NCBI RefSeq assembly: GCF_004010195.1
Contig: NC_057750.1
Span: forward strand, 19,059,346 to 19,102,768
Source of the DNA: Chiloscyllium plagiosum
Lineage: Eukaryota
Direction: 5' to 3'
Length of the DNA stretch: 43,423 nt
Below, one piece after another: positions 22,537 through 35,224 of this stretch. Under the pieces are notes generated by a model that was not told the DNA's origin, searched no databases, and saw only the letters and a program-made list of their open reading frames with translations. Every line of letters begins with the position of its first letter. The stretch's first letter is position 1. Made by a program: the position numbers and the translations under genes.

Positions 22537-22962
22537 AACAAAAACTTCCAGCTCGGCGAACAGAACCACAGCAACGAGCACCCGAGCTACAAATCTTCTC
22601 ACAAACTTTGAGTAAATAATCATATTGATTTTATCAAACATTTTTAATGGCATTACATTGAATGGTGACAAATAAATGCAATCTATTTAGTCTTGCTACA
22701 AAGACTCATTCACGTTGATCAAATTTGAGGGAGGGGAAATTGGTTTATGTTGTGCCACATTTAGCAGAATTATACTGATTCCCTTGTATCAAGCAGCATC
22801 ATTTAGGACCTTTGCAACATTCTCTGTTTATACAAGGCAAAGAAATCCTGGTGTCTGCACAGCTAATTGCAGCACTGTTGGTCTCTGGGAATCAATGTGA
22901 TCATCATATGTGAACAATGTTCTCTCCAGGGTTTTAACAAGGGGGCTTCTGGAATTCTTCTG

Positions 22963-23930
22963 GTAAGATGACAGCAGAGTACCTCTGCTCTGCTTGTTCT
23001 TTTTCTTTTTACCCTCCCTCTCTCCTCCATTCTCTTGGTCTCAGACACTTGGCCTCCAAAGTGGGATGGGTGTTCTGCGACCCAAAGCAGGGACACCAGT
23101 GCCTGGAGGGGGACCTCCAGTGACTGGAGCAGCGACCCCAGTGGCTGGAGCAGGGTTGCCAGCTGCTGGAGCAGGGGCACCAGCAAAAAGTGGCTCGAAT
23201 GGGGGTGCCAGTGGGCAGAGTGGTGATGCCATCAGGCAGAGTGGAGATGCCAGCAGACAGAGTGGGGGTGCCATCAGGCAGAGTGGGGGTGCCAGTGGGC
23301 AGAGTAGAAATGCCAGTGGACAGAGTGGGGATGCTAGCAGGCAGAGTGGGGGGGGTCAGTGGGCAGAGTGGGGCACTAGCAGGCAGAGTGGGGGTGCTAG
23401 CAGGCAAAGTGGGGGTGCCAGCAGGCAGAGTGGGTGTGCTAGCAGGCAGAGTGGGTATGCCAGTGGATGGAGCAGGGGTGCCAGTGGGCAGAGCATGGGT
23501 GCCAGCAGGCAAAGTAGGCATGCCAGCGGGCAGAGTGCAGGTGCCAGTGGGCAGAGCAGGGGTGCCAGTGAGCAAAATGGAGATGTCAGAGATGGAGTGG
23601 GGATGCCAGCAGATGGAGTGGGGATGCCAGCAGCTGGACTGGGGGCACTAGCTACCAGTGGCCCAGTCCGGTGCATGGCGGCAGTCCACGTGGAGACACC
23701 TTGGAGAGAGACTATGATGTTTGTTTTTTTAACACTTCTTTCTCTGACCTATGGTTAAACTGCATATCTGTAATATTCCATCTTTTTTATTTCTCTATTC
23801 TGTAACTAAGTATTGCACCTAGATACTCTACACCTAAGATGGCTCTGTAAATGGTGACTTATAAATTTTTCACTGTGTTCATTTGAGTATGTGTGACAAT
23901 AAAGCTAATTCAATTCAATTTGATTCAACT
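22963..23930 (+). mobile_element. Putative non-autonomous composite retroposon: 21-bp VNTR plus Rex1/Babar-type tail
   Basis: Ends ttttcactgtg..gtgacaataaagctaattcaattcaa; 5' boundary uncertain. Confidence 0.55.
23085..23655. repeat. G-rich 21-bp minisatellite (ggggtgccagcaggcagagtg), ~27 copies
   Basis: Visible periodicity; 7-aa repeats in overlapping ORFs. Confidence 0.95.
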
Positions 23931-23999
23931 GATGACGTCAACAGTATTCTGAACTTTAAAACAAACACGTCCCATTTCTATACTGTTCATCTATTGAGG

Positions 24000-24340
24000 T
24001 TATTAGTAGTATTGAGATAATGTTACTTGAATGTTAAATCATGAATTAAAGATAATGTTCTTGGGACGCAGATTCAGAGATCATTTGGGAGAAGTTTTGA
24101 AACTAAAGTTAATTAATTAGGCTAGTCTCAGTATTGATGATCTTGAAATTACCACCAGTGTCAGAGGGAAAAAAAAACATTTGGTACACTGCTGTAGCCC
24201 TGCTACACTGACTTGGTCTGGCCAAGTGAGACCCACAGTAATAAGAGTAACTTGAAATGGCCATATTGCCAATTAGGGATCAACATCAAATGATGACCTT
24301 GTCAATAATAGCCACATTCCATAAAAGACAAAGGCAAAAA
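24000..24340 (+). mobile_element. Degraded SINE family 2
   Basis: ttggtctggcc..gacccacagtaat and the shared 3' tail. Confidence 0.55.
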
Positions 24341-24637
24341 AAACCATTATGCTCCATTGTTGCCTCTTGTCCTTGATTTGTACTGAAGTTATACTTTAAG
24401 TTCTCTCAGTCTGTAGGCTAAGAGGTAGTTCATGTTTCTCTTTGCGGATGACCAGATTTTCAAAATGCAAAACCATGGAAAGGTTTGTTGGGCAATTAAT
24501 GACAGGAATCTAGAGAAGGGGTGGTCTTATGATGAGATCGCCTGGAATATGTCCAGTCAGATTTGGGAAACCCAATCCTTCAGTTGTTCAAAAGGAGTAA
24601 TCAACATTGGAGCTGTTGGCACCAAAAAGGTAGTGCG

Positions 24638-24752
24638 TGAAAGTGAGGACTGCAGATGCTGGAGATCAGAGTCTAGATTTGAGTGGTGCTGGAAATGCAC
24701 AGCAGGTCAGGCAGCATCTGAGATGCAGGAAAATCGACGTTTCAGGCAAAAG
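24638..24752 (-). mobile_element. P2 terminal fragment
   Basis: gaaagtgaggactgcagatgctggagatcagagtc. Confidence 0.75.
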
Positions 24753-24979
24753 AAGTAGTATCAATTATATTGGAGATATCAAGAGGGTAATGGGGAGGGG
24801 AACTATTCCCTGATGCAGTACAATGTGATGAGTGTTTACAGGAAGAAAGATGAAATATCATACAGATTGCTTTTCCCCAGACTGAAATTGTCTTTGTCAA
24901 AACGGGAAAAGATGAAAACCATGAAATTTGAACTGCTTCTAGGAAATTGTCAGGACAGAGGAATTTAGTGAAATAATGG

Positions 24980-26600
24980 GATTTTGGCATAAATGTAAGT
25001 AGGGGGACAGGTAATGTTGAGGAGGCAGGGAATCTGCAGAAGGACTTGAACAGGCTAGGAGAATGGGTAAAATATGGAAAGTGTGAGGTTTTGTACTTTG
25101 CTCAGGAAGAATACAAGCTTAGATTATTTTCTAAATTGGGAAAGGTGTTGGAAATCTGAAGCACAAATGGACTTAGGAGTCCTCATTCAAGATTCTCTTA
25201 AGGTTAACATCCTGGTTCAGTTGGCAGTTAGAAAGGCAAATGTAATGCTCGCATTCATTTTAAGAGGGCTAGAACACAAGAGTAGAGATGTACTGCTAAG
25301 GCTGTATAAGGGTCTGGTCAGACTATATTTGGAATACTGTGTGCATTTTTGGACTCCGTATTTAAGGAAGGATAAGCTGGAATTCGAGGTTATCCAGGGG
25401 AGGTTTATAAGAATGATCCCATAAGAATAACTTATACACTTAGTGGTAAGGTCCTGGGAAGTGTTATTGAACAAGGAGATTTTGGAGTGCAGGTTCATAG
25501 TTCCTTGAGAGTAAAGTCACAGGTATAGAGGATAGTGAGGAAGGCATTTGGTATGCTTGCCTTTATTGGTCAGTGCATTGAGTATACGAGTTGGGAGGTC
25601 ATGTTGCAGCTGAACAGGACACTGGTGAGGCCACTTATGGAATACTGTATTCAGTTCTAGTCTCCCTGCTATAAGAAGGATTTTGTAAAACTTGAGAGGG
25701 TTCAGAAAAGATTTACAGGGATGTTGCCAGGTTTGGAGGGTTTGATCTATAGGGAGAGGTTGAATAGGCTGGGGCTGTTTTCCCTGGAGTGTCGGAGGCT
25801 AAGGGGTGACCTTATAGAAGTCTATAAATTCATATTGAGCAAAGATAGGCTAAATAGCGAAGGTTTCTTTTCTCCAGGGTAGAGGAGTCCAAAACTAGAG
25901 GGTACAGGCTTAAGGTGAGGGGGGAAAGATTTAAAAGGGACAGCTTTTTCATGCAGAGGGGTGTGTGTGTATAGAATGAACTGCCAGAGAAGTGGTGGAG
26001 GCTTATATAATGACAACTTTTAAAAGGCATCAAGATGGATATATGAATAAGAAGAGCTTACAGTGATATGGGCCAAATGCTGACAAATGGGACTGGATTA
26101 TTTTAGGATATCTGGTTGGCATGGACGAGTTTGACTGAAGGGTCTGTTTTCTATGCTCTATATCTCTGTGACTCTACAACTCCATGAAGGACTTGTCGTA
26201 TGAGGAGTGATTGAGGACTATGGGTCTGTGCTGATGTTTGGGAGGATGATGGAGGATCTCACTAAAACTTACAGAATACTGAGAGGCCTGGATGAAGTGG
26301 GTGTGGAGAAAATGTTTCCACGAGTAGGAGAGACTAGGACCCAAGGAAATAGCCTCAGAGTGAAGGGACAGCCCGTTAGAACTTAGATGAGGAGGAGGTT
26401 CTTCAGCCAGAGGGTGGTTAATCTGTAGAATTCACTGCCACTGAAGGCTGTGGAGGTCAAGTCACTGACTATATTTAAGACAGAAATTGCTAAGCTCTTG
26501 ATTAGCAAGGGTAGCAAAGATTATGGGGAGGAGGAATGAGAGTGGGGTTGAGAAATATATCCGACATGATTGAATGATGGACAAGACTTGATGAACCAAA
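24980..26600 (+). mobile_element. CR1 3' region with a second CR1 3' fragment nested at ~25425-26185
   Basis: LRLYKGLVRLYLEYCVHFWTPYLRKD; two successive CR1 3' ends. Confidence 0.85.
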
Positions 26601-27524
26601 TAGTTTAATTCCATTGGTCTTATGGCAAAATGAAGCTGTTTGGTCTCCCTGGCCCTATGCATGCAGTTTTTTAGCAACTCCCCTATCTCAGTGTGGGCCA
26701 TCTTAGCTTGCCCTATATGTGTACTGTTCTCTATCTTTTAAGTTTCTAAACTGTTTGCATTAATTCTTACCCCTTTCCTCTCCATTCACATTTTGGTAAA
26801 AATATTGACGTTCCTTGTCTCTGGACCAAAAAAACCACTTTAAATTTTCTAACTAGTCTGCTGTCTTGACTGTTCACACTAGACCAAACAAAGCTAGATT
26901 GAAATCTTGTGGGCCTTCCCGTATGTTTATAAGGTTAATCACATCTGCCTACTATGCTGCATTTCTGATTTATGTTTAATAAATGTGCAAATACATTCAC
27001 ACGTTCTTCTTCCTCAAAACTTTCCATGTTCGAATTGTTTTCATACATTGTCATCAAACTTAATTATTTGATCTAGGGTACCTTACCAGTCAAACATAAT
27101 ATTTTACATTAACTTCACATAATTCATGACAGTTTCATTGATGTTTTACACTCCTCGTTCCAATATCTAGACTATCTGGCACCAAGCTCGTTCATCCACA
27201 TTCCTCTCCAATTTCATTACATAAATCATTGTTACATTCAGTATGTTGCAACGTCCTGATTAACCCCTGCAGCTGCTACGAAGAGAGTCTAATAAATGAA
27301 TTTATACTTATGTGCCTTTTCAAATGCATTATGTTGTTGGCCTTTCATGTCGAACTTTACTGAAGGCCTTTGGTGCACCACATCATAAGGTTATCCAGTG
27401 TGTAATTTGGTTGCTTTTCCCTCAAAGCAAAAGAGGTTGATCCAAATTTTCAGAAACCACTTTAACTTTTAGAGGGAATTGAGTTTTTATTGTCTGTCAC
27501 CGGAATCCAGATGCCAAGCTTCAT

Positions 27525-27805
27525 TCTGGAGACATGGGTTCAAATCCCACCACGGCTGTTGGTCGAATTTAAATACAATTAATAAATCTGGAGAATACAG
27601 CTAGCCTCGGTCATGGTGACCATGACAACTATCTTTGATGGTGGTGAAAAAACCTTTTGACTCACTAATGTGACATGTGACTCCAGACCCACAGCAATAT
27701 GGCTGACTCAAACTGCTCTCAATTCAAGAGCGATCAGGGATTGGCATCAAATGTTGGCCCTCCCAGCAAAGGCCACATTCCATTCAATGATAAAGGGAAA
27801 AAAAA
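27525..27805 (+). mobile_element. SINE family 2
   Basis: gggttcaaatcccacc B box; catgtgactccagacccacagcaat. Confidence 0.7.
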
Positions 27806-29377
27806 TGCTATAGATAGATAATGCCAATGTTCATTACTGTTCATTGATGTCCTCTTACCAATCATTATAAGTTCACAAAATCCTAAGAAATTGATCTGAT
27901 TGTGGCCATAACTACTCTTTCCTGTGTGACCCCAGCAACCTTATTAGATAGTAATTTCATTTAATTTGAAAAATCAATCCAATTCAGCCTTGAATAAATC
28001 GAATAAATTCAATGAGCCAGCCTCCAATGCTTTCTGTGGAAGAGAATGACTCTACTGAGGGAAGAGGTTCCTTCTCATCACTATCTAACTTGAGAGACCC
28101 CGTAATTTTATACTGGGCCAGAGAGAGAAAAATCTTGGATTTGATACTTTTCTGGTTTCTGGGTCTCAGATCATTTTCACCCATTTCCTCAATCTTTATC
28201 TTCGCTCACAACTCTATCCAATTCCTATAAAATTTGCATCACATGCTCTTCAAATAACAATGGCAAAAAAAAAACAGCTTAACTTATTGTTCCACGCAAG
28301 ACTTTGAACTCATATTTTATACCCAAGTAAAGATCCAAGGCTCAGGCATTTAGTGTGATCAGATAATGCACTATCTTTCATTTTAGAATGAAATAAAGAC
28401 CCTCCAAGGCACTTCTAAAAGGTAAAGTCCCTTCACATTTGCTCCAGATGCTTGAAATTCCAAAACATTAATTAATGCTGGAGATGACACAGGCACAGAT
28501 CCACAGGGGCATTCTCAGCCTGCAACATCCCCAGGAGCAGAAGCTGGAATATGGGGCAAATTTAGGACTGGATTATTAGCTCTCATAACATTTGAAGAGT
28601 GATAAAGGCTGACAGTGCAGCCTGTAGAACTGTAGCTGTCTGAGGAGAGAAGACAGAAGATCCCTTCCCCAACTGACATATCCTGTCACCGTCTGATTGG
28701 TCCCTACCTGTCATCGTATCGCTTGCTTTTCAAATAATATGTAAATGTCTTTATTTACCATATTGGCATTGTTAACATGTAGGGAAAGATTGACAAAAGA
28801 GTGTGAGTTCATAAACCAGCCCATACGCTCATTATAATTGCTCTACAAAGATTCTGCTCTCCCAGACTTGGACCACACTTCCCAATCATACCAGTGAACC
28901 ACTCAGCAAAGGCACTGCTTCCAGTTCTGTTGAAGTGTGAACTGTCCCTTTTGAATAAATGCCACCAACCGCAAAACTAGTCCTAATGCCTCAAGGATCT
29001 GAAGCCTTCCCACTAATGCCATGCCTCAAGACTTGCATTGACGTATGCTATCTTCCTATTTCGATGCTTGTTGGTGCATAGCATTGAGAAGAATAATCCA
29101 GAGACTGAAGATGCTTTTGAAGTCCTACTTTTTAACTTCTTTCGTAGCTCCTGGGAATCTGATAGTGACAAGTTCTGAGATTCTGACATGAGGGTAGAAA
29201 TTGCAAGCAATATGTTACAGAGGTCGAATCACAATGTAAAGAAAACATTTTTCCATCTCTAACAACTTGGCCTTTGACTTGCTTGATCAATTAATTTCAA
29301 TTAATATCGCCAGCCCTGCTCTGAGCTTTTAACTTTACTAATTTGTGTGCACTTCAGTAACTGGATTTTAATTACAA

Positions 29378-29850
29378 AGTCATAGAGATGTATAGCACAA
29401 AATAGAGCCTTCAGTCCAAATCATCCATGCCAACCAGATATCGTAACCTAATCTACTCCCATTTGCCAGCACTTGGCCCACATCCCTCTAAACCCTTCCT
29501 ATTCATATACCCATCCAGATGCCTTTTAAATGTTACAATTGTACTAGCCTCCACCACTTCCTGTGGCAGCTTATTCCATACACACACCACCCTCTGCGTG
29601 AAAACGTTGCACTGTAGGTCTCTTTTACATGATTCCCTTCTCACCCTAAACCTGTGCTCTCTAGTTCTGGTCTCTCTCACCTCAGGGAAAATATTTTGTC
29701 TATTTACCCTATCCATGCCACTCGTGATTTTATAAACCTCTATAAGGTCACCCCTCAGCCTTTGACGTTCCAGGAAAAACAGCACCAACCTATTCAGCAT
29801 CTCCTTATAGTTCAAACCTTCCAATTCCCTGGCAACATCTTTGTAAATCT
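29378..29850 (-). mobile_element. CR1 3' fragment
   Basis: RLRGDLIEVYKI..FTQRVVCVWNKLP..FKRHLDGYM. Confidence 0.9.
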
Positions 29851-29919
29851 TTTCTTTTCCAGTTCCTAATTTGAAACAAACACTAAAATTGTGATAGAAA
29901 AGAGAAGTAAAGTACTCCA

Positions 29920-30410
29920 TTACTTTTGCAATAAGGGCAAAAATTTAATTTTCCTTCCTCATTCCTTGCTGTAACTGCATGTCAACATTTTCATGTACAA
30001 GGACACCCATATCCCTCTGTACTGCAGCATTTTGCAGTCTCTCTCCACTTAAATAACTTTCTCCTCTTTTATTCTTCCTGTCAAAATGGATTATCCTCAC
30101 ATTTTTCTACATAACGCTGCCTCTGTCAAGTATTCACTTAACATATGTAAAAATCTTTGTAGACTCTGAACATCCTTCTCACAGACTTTGTCTCATCAGC
30201 ATATTTGATAACAAGGCAGTCAGTCAATCCCTTGAATCAAGCCATTAATCTTGATTTTAAATAGTCGAAGCACTGATCCTTATGGCATTTCACCTGTTAC
30301 AGTTTGCCAACTTGAAATAATGACTCATGTTCCAACTCTCTGATTCCCATATATTAACCAATTCTCTAGCCAATCTAAATAACACCCCAATACAATGAAC
30401 TTTTGTGCAA
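29920..30410 (-). mobile_element. Old CR1 RT fragment
   Basis: Reverse complement of [11 protein letters not shown] and DLGV-like segments. Confidence 0.55.
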
Positions 30411-30411
30411 G

Positions 30412-30735
30412 GGAGGCAATGGCCTACTGCTATTATTAGTGGACTCTTAATCCAGAGACCTAGGCAATGTTCTGGGACTTACGTTCAAATCTCACCACAG
30501 CAGATAATGGAATTTAAATTCAATAAAACATCTGGAATTTAGAGTCTAATGATGACCATGACTTCACTGTTGGAAAAACCCATGTGGTTTGCTAATGGGA
30601 GGGAAACTTGTCTGCCTTACATGTGACTCTGGACTCATAACAATGTGGTTGACTCTTAACTGCCCTCTGGACAATTAGGGGTAGACAAGAAATGCTGGGC
30701 TAAACAGTGATGCCTTCATCTAATGAATAAAAGAA
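30412..30735 (+). mobile_element. SINE family 2
   Basis: Full head, body and LINE B-type tail. Confidence 0.75.
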
Positions 30736-30824
30736 ACTTACAATGAGTTTTCAGCTAGTATATAAGTAGTCTTGTATGCATCATCATATTGAATGCCTCC
30801 TCGCAATGCAAACAGGGAAATTAT

Positions 30825-31145
30825 GGCCTTGTGGTGTTATTGCTGGACTGTTAATTAACTGGTAACGCTCTGAGGATCTGGGTCCGAATCCCGCCATGTT
30901 AGATGGCGGAATTTGAATTCAATATAAATATCTGGAATTAAAAATCTAATGAAGACCATGAATCCATTGTCGATTGTTCACTAATGCCCTTTAGGGAAGG
31001 AAACTGCCACCCTTACTTGGGGTCTGGCCTACATGTGACTCCTGACCCACAGCAATGTGGTTGACTCTTAACAACCCTTTGATTAAGGATGAGCAATAAA
31101 TGTTGATAGCCAGCGATGCTCTCATTCGGTGAATGAACAAAGAGG
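30825..31145 (+). mobile_element. SINE family 2
   Basis: Same head, body and tail as 30412-30735. Confidence 0.75.
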
Positions 31146-31854
31146 GAAAAAGTACATTGCATACTATTTAATAAATTTATCAAACATGACTTCACTTACC
31201 AACAATGTTGTCTCTTCCTGACATTACAATAATTATTAACACTAATATAATAGATCCAAAAGATGTTGGGTTTTTTATTGCCTTTATGGAAAATAGATAT
31301 GAAATAGGTTTATTTATAATTTTTTTTAATATAGTAAGGCATTCCAAGGCACATCATTGGAGACATGAGGACAGGTAATCTAAAATTTGATCCAACAGGC
31401 AGTTTTAAGGGTTGGCTTAAAGGAAGACGAGTGGGGTTGGGAGGATTTCTAAGAGTACAGGCTACATTGAAATATTTCTGTATTTATTGAGTTCAGCTCT
31501 GTAAATTATAACTCTTGCCTCTTCTGTGAGCAACATCAAAAGCATGAGATGTCATTGCAGATCATTGAATGAGGTGTTGAAGGAATATCATGTAGATCTC
31601 CTTGTTCTCTGGCAGTTTGTTGAGAGGATAGGTGCAGCACCTTTGGTTGTGGAACCATAGACAGGTTACAGATCCTTGTGGAAAGATTTCAGATTATGCT
31701 TATCAATAACTTCTTGAAGCTCTGTAGCCTCAAACTCCCATTATCAACTCTTCACCACTTTTAATTAGAGTGTGCTTGGCTTAATGGTACCTGCCGTTGT
31801 CTGATTTCCTTTTTAACAAATATGTAGGGTCTGAACATTGGGTAATTCATCTAG

Positions 31855-32158
31855 TAGCTGGACTATAATTTGCCCATCCCTAATTGCCCAGAGAGCAGTT
31901 GAGTTAACAACATTAGTGTAGATCCATAGTCACATTTACGCAAGATCAGGTAAGGATGGTCGTTCCCTTGTCTAAAAGACATTAGTGAACCAGATCGGCT
32001 TTTCTGACAATCAACATGGTCATCATTACACTCTTAATTCCAGATTATTTTTAAGTTCAAAGTCCAGCATCAGCCATGTCAGGATGTGAACTTGAGTCTT
32101 CAGAACATTCCTGGGTCTCAGGATTTGCAGCCTAGTGATAACACGCTAGACCATTGCC
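31855..32158 (-). mobile_element. SINE family 2
   Basis: Reverse complement of the 30412-30735 family. Confidence 0.7.
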
Positions 32159-32184
32159 TGAGCTGTTCAGTAATAACAACTTTG

Positions 32185-32270
32185 AGAGTGTGGCACTGGA
32201 AAAGCACAGCAGGTCAGGCAACATCTGAGGAGCTTTAAAATTGATGTTTTGGGTATAAGCCCTTCATCAG
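32185..32270 (-). mobile_element. P2 terminal fragment
   Basis: ctggaaaagcacagcaggtcaggc..aagcccttcatcag. Confidence 0.7.
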
Positions 32271-32279
32271 CCCTTTCTC

Positions 32280-32470
32280 CCAGTAATAGCAACTGCTGGG
32301 ATCATAACTCTGCACACTAAGTACTTTCTTGATTGATGGCTTATAGGCTTTGGATAGTAAGAGGTGAATTAATGATTGCAGGATTGCTAGCCTCTACCAG
32401 CTCTAGTAACCACTGTATTTATATGGCTAGTCCAATTCAGTTTCTGGTCAGTGGTGAAACCCAAAATGAA
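32280..32470 (-). mobile_element. LINE B fragment
   Basis: Reverse complement matches 10065-10125 and 10820-10860. Confidence 0.55.
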
Positions 32471-32514
32471 TGCGTGTGATGTGTGTGTAGAGCCGCTCCC
32501 ATTCTTTCAAAAGC

Positions 32515-33595
32515 AAACCAAGAGATTGCTGGAAAAGCTCAGCAGGTCTGGCAGCATCTATGGAGAAAAATCAAGTTAACATTTCAGGCCCATTGACCCT
32601 TCCTTGGAAATGATGGCAGCTAGTAAAATGCCGGTTAATATGCAAAGATAGGGTGGGGGATGGTGGGGATGGGGTGAGGGGGCATAAGGAGTGAATGATA
32701 GGTGGGGACAGAGCCCAAAGAGACAAAAGAACAGTTGGACAGACAAAGGAGTGGACAACAATCTGGCTAAGAGGATGAATAGCTATTAAGGGAGACTGTT
32801 AGTGACTAACCATGGATTGTGTGAAATTCGCCTGAGTCGGGAATTGAACCCGGATCTCTGGCGCTGCGAGGCAGCAGTGCTAACCACTGTGCCACCGTGC
32901 CGCCCACTATTAAGGGAGACTGTTAGTGACTAACCATGGATTGTGTGAAATAGCAGACAATGTGATAACAAGGACTGGTATATGGGGGTATGGAAAAGGC
33001 CATGGGAGAGCTCAAGCCCTAAACTTGTCGAACTTGACATCGAGTCCAGAAGACTGCAGGGTCCCCAAGCAGAAAATGAGGTGTTGTTTTCCAGTTTGTG
33101 CTGAGCTTCACTGGAACACTGCAGCAAGCCTGAGACAGAGGGATCGGCCAGGGAACAGAGTGGTACACTAAAGTCACAGGCAACTGCAAGCACAGGGTCA
33201 TTTTTGCAGGCAGACATAGATGCTCTGCAAAGCGGTCACTCCGTCTATGCTTTGCTTCCCCAGTGTAGAACAAGTCACATTGTGAGCAGCGAATGCAAGA
33301 GACTAGATTGTGTGAAGTGCAGGTAAAGTGCTGTTTCAACTTTGGCTGTGCCCTTGGATACTGAGCAGGGAAGAGGTAAATGGACAGGTGTTATACCTTC
33401 CAATGTTGCAGGGGAAGTGCCCTGTGGCTGTGGGGGGGGGGGGAGGGGGGGGGGTGGTGTTGAGAGTGAAGGAAGAGTGGACCAAGGTGTCTTGGAGGGA
33501 ACGGCTCCAAAGGAAGGCTGACAAGGGAGGGGAGGGGAACATGTGCCTGGTGGTGACATCTTGTTGGAGGTGGCGGAAATGGTGGCTAATGATCT
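32515..33595 (-). mobile_element. Penelope-like element related to P2, 3' 1.1 kb
   Basis: HFTCTSHNLVSCIRCSQCDLFYTGEAK..DRFAEHL is a GIY-YIG with CxxC. Confidence 0.85.
32828..32906 (-). mobile_element. Tailless tRNA head of an HE1-type SINE
   Basis: 79 nt matching only the SINE head; flanked by a perfect 45-bp duplication. Confidence 0.9.
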
Positions 33596-34081
33596 CATTC
33601 TGTCACCTCAGTCTGCAAAGTCTGCACTGAAGCCACAAGAGCTCAGTTGCCGTGCTTAATTCTGAAGTTATACTTCTCTGTGATGTGCTGTGAAACAAGT
33701 TGACCACCCAATTGCCAGCCAATCCAATCGCACTCTCTGTGTCTTTCCACATAGCTAACTGACAAAGGCTTAACTAATGGACTAGGGCTGGTGGATTTAA
33801 AAAACAGAGGGCAGAATTTTAGACTGAGTGAACTGGGCTACGATGAAATGTGAGGCAGAATTAGACGAGAAGTCCCATAATATCCATCTGAATGCTGAGA
33901 TAACCTTTTATGCTTTCCACAGGCGAATTGGCAAGATCACCGCTAGGCAGCAGCGAAACGCCAATTGACGGGATTAATATTTATTAAATGCCTTCTTAAT
34001 GTCATAAGTTGCCTCAGTAATATTCAGTTGTCCTAAACTCACCCAAGCAAGCTAGCTGTCAGAAAAGCTCACAAAGAAACC

Positions 34082-34580
34082 NNNNNNNNNNNNNNNNNNN
34101 NNNNNNNNNNNNNNNNNNNNNNNNNNNNNNNNNNNNNNNNNNNNNNNNNNNNNNNNNNNNNNNNNNNNNNNNNNNNNNNNNNNNNNNNNNNNNNNNNNNN
34201 NNNNNNNNNNNNNNNNNNNNNNNNNNNNNNNNNNNNNNNNNNNNNNNNNNNNNNNNNNNNNNNNNNNNNNNNNNNNNNNNNNNNNNNNNNNNNNNNNNNN
34301 NNNNNNNNNNNNNNNNNNNNNNNNNNNNNNNNNNNNNNNNNNNNNNNNNNNNNNNNNNNNNNNNNNNNNNNNNNNNNNNNNNNNNNNNNNNNNNNNNNNN
34401 NNNNNNNNNNNNNNNNNNNNNNNNNNNNNNNNNNNNNNNNNNNNNNNNNNNNNNNNNNNNNNNNNNNNNNNNNNNNNNNNNNNNNNNNNNNNNNNNNNNN
34501 NNNNNNNNNNNNNNNNNNNNNNNNNNNNNNNNNNNNNNNNNNNNNNNNNNNNNNNNNNNNNNNNNNNNNNNNNNNNNNNN
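34082..34580. other. Assembly gap
   Basis: Run of n. Confidence 1.
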
Positions 34581-35200
34581 NTTCTACAGTGGAATGGCTA
34601 CAGGGGATCCCTGCACTGACTGCTTCTGACCCCTTCTAACAGTCATCCAACTATCTTCATTTCAGGGATGGTGCAGGAGGGATGGTTTTGGATGCCTGGA
34701 TAATTGGGGCTCATTCAGGGGTAGGATGGACAAAGAGGATGATCTTCACCTGAACCAGAAAGGTACCAATATCTGGGAGGGGGAAACATTTGCTAATGCT
34801 CTTCAGGAGAGTTTTAACTAATTCAGCAAGGGGATGGGAACCTAAATTGTAGATCCAGTGTACAGCAGGTTGAGTAACTCTCTCCGTGTAGCTTTTATCT
34901 ATAAGTGTCTCTGCCTCCCGAATGATCCTGAGTTCATCCAGTTCCAGCTCCAGTTCCCTAACACGATCTTCAAGGAGCTGGAGTTGGGTGCACTTACTGC
35001 AGGTGTACTCAGCTGGGATACTACTGGTGTCCCTCATCTCAAACATTCCACAGGAGGAACATTGCACTGCCATCCCTGCTAACTCCCCTTATCAAGAAAT
35101 GAAAGAGAAAAAAAGCTTACTTGATTTCCCTCGAATGGTGTCAGGTTAGAGGAGGTGGGTGAGTGGGAGGCTTTACAGGTGTAGGGTGTCGGGTTTAGCA
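34581..35200 (-). mobile_element. CR1 5' region and ORF1 (zinc finger, leucine zipper) with an inverted esterase segment at ~34660-34870
   Basis: CSSC..CSKC..LEDRVRELELELDEL on minus; WCRRDGF..LDNW..DDLHLNQKGTNI on plus. Confidence 0.85.
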
Positions 35201-35224
35201 AACACATTTATATATATTTTGAAT

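Larger units (their letters stand above)
22247..22608 (+). mobile_element. Young Penelope P1 insertion with an inverted terminal copy
   Basis: 127-bp inverted arms 22247-22373 and 22446-22572; 12-bp TSD tgagtaaataat at 22235 and 22609; matches 15020-15209. Confidence 0.9.

Noticed and set aside
22994..23758. 254-aa Gly/Ser/Ala-rich ORF as a structural protein
   Set aside because: A stop-free 21-bp repeat opens several frames on both strands; no true ATG start or splice support
28387..28421. 35-nt micro-exon with good splice sites as the next NKPD1-like exon
   Set aside because: Gives an immediate TGA when joined in phase 1
33809..34081. Possible DNA transposon end (gggcagaatttt)
   Set aside because: Any partner terminus would fall in the gap, so it cannot be supported
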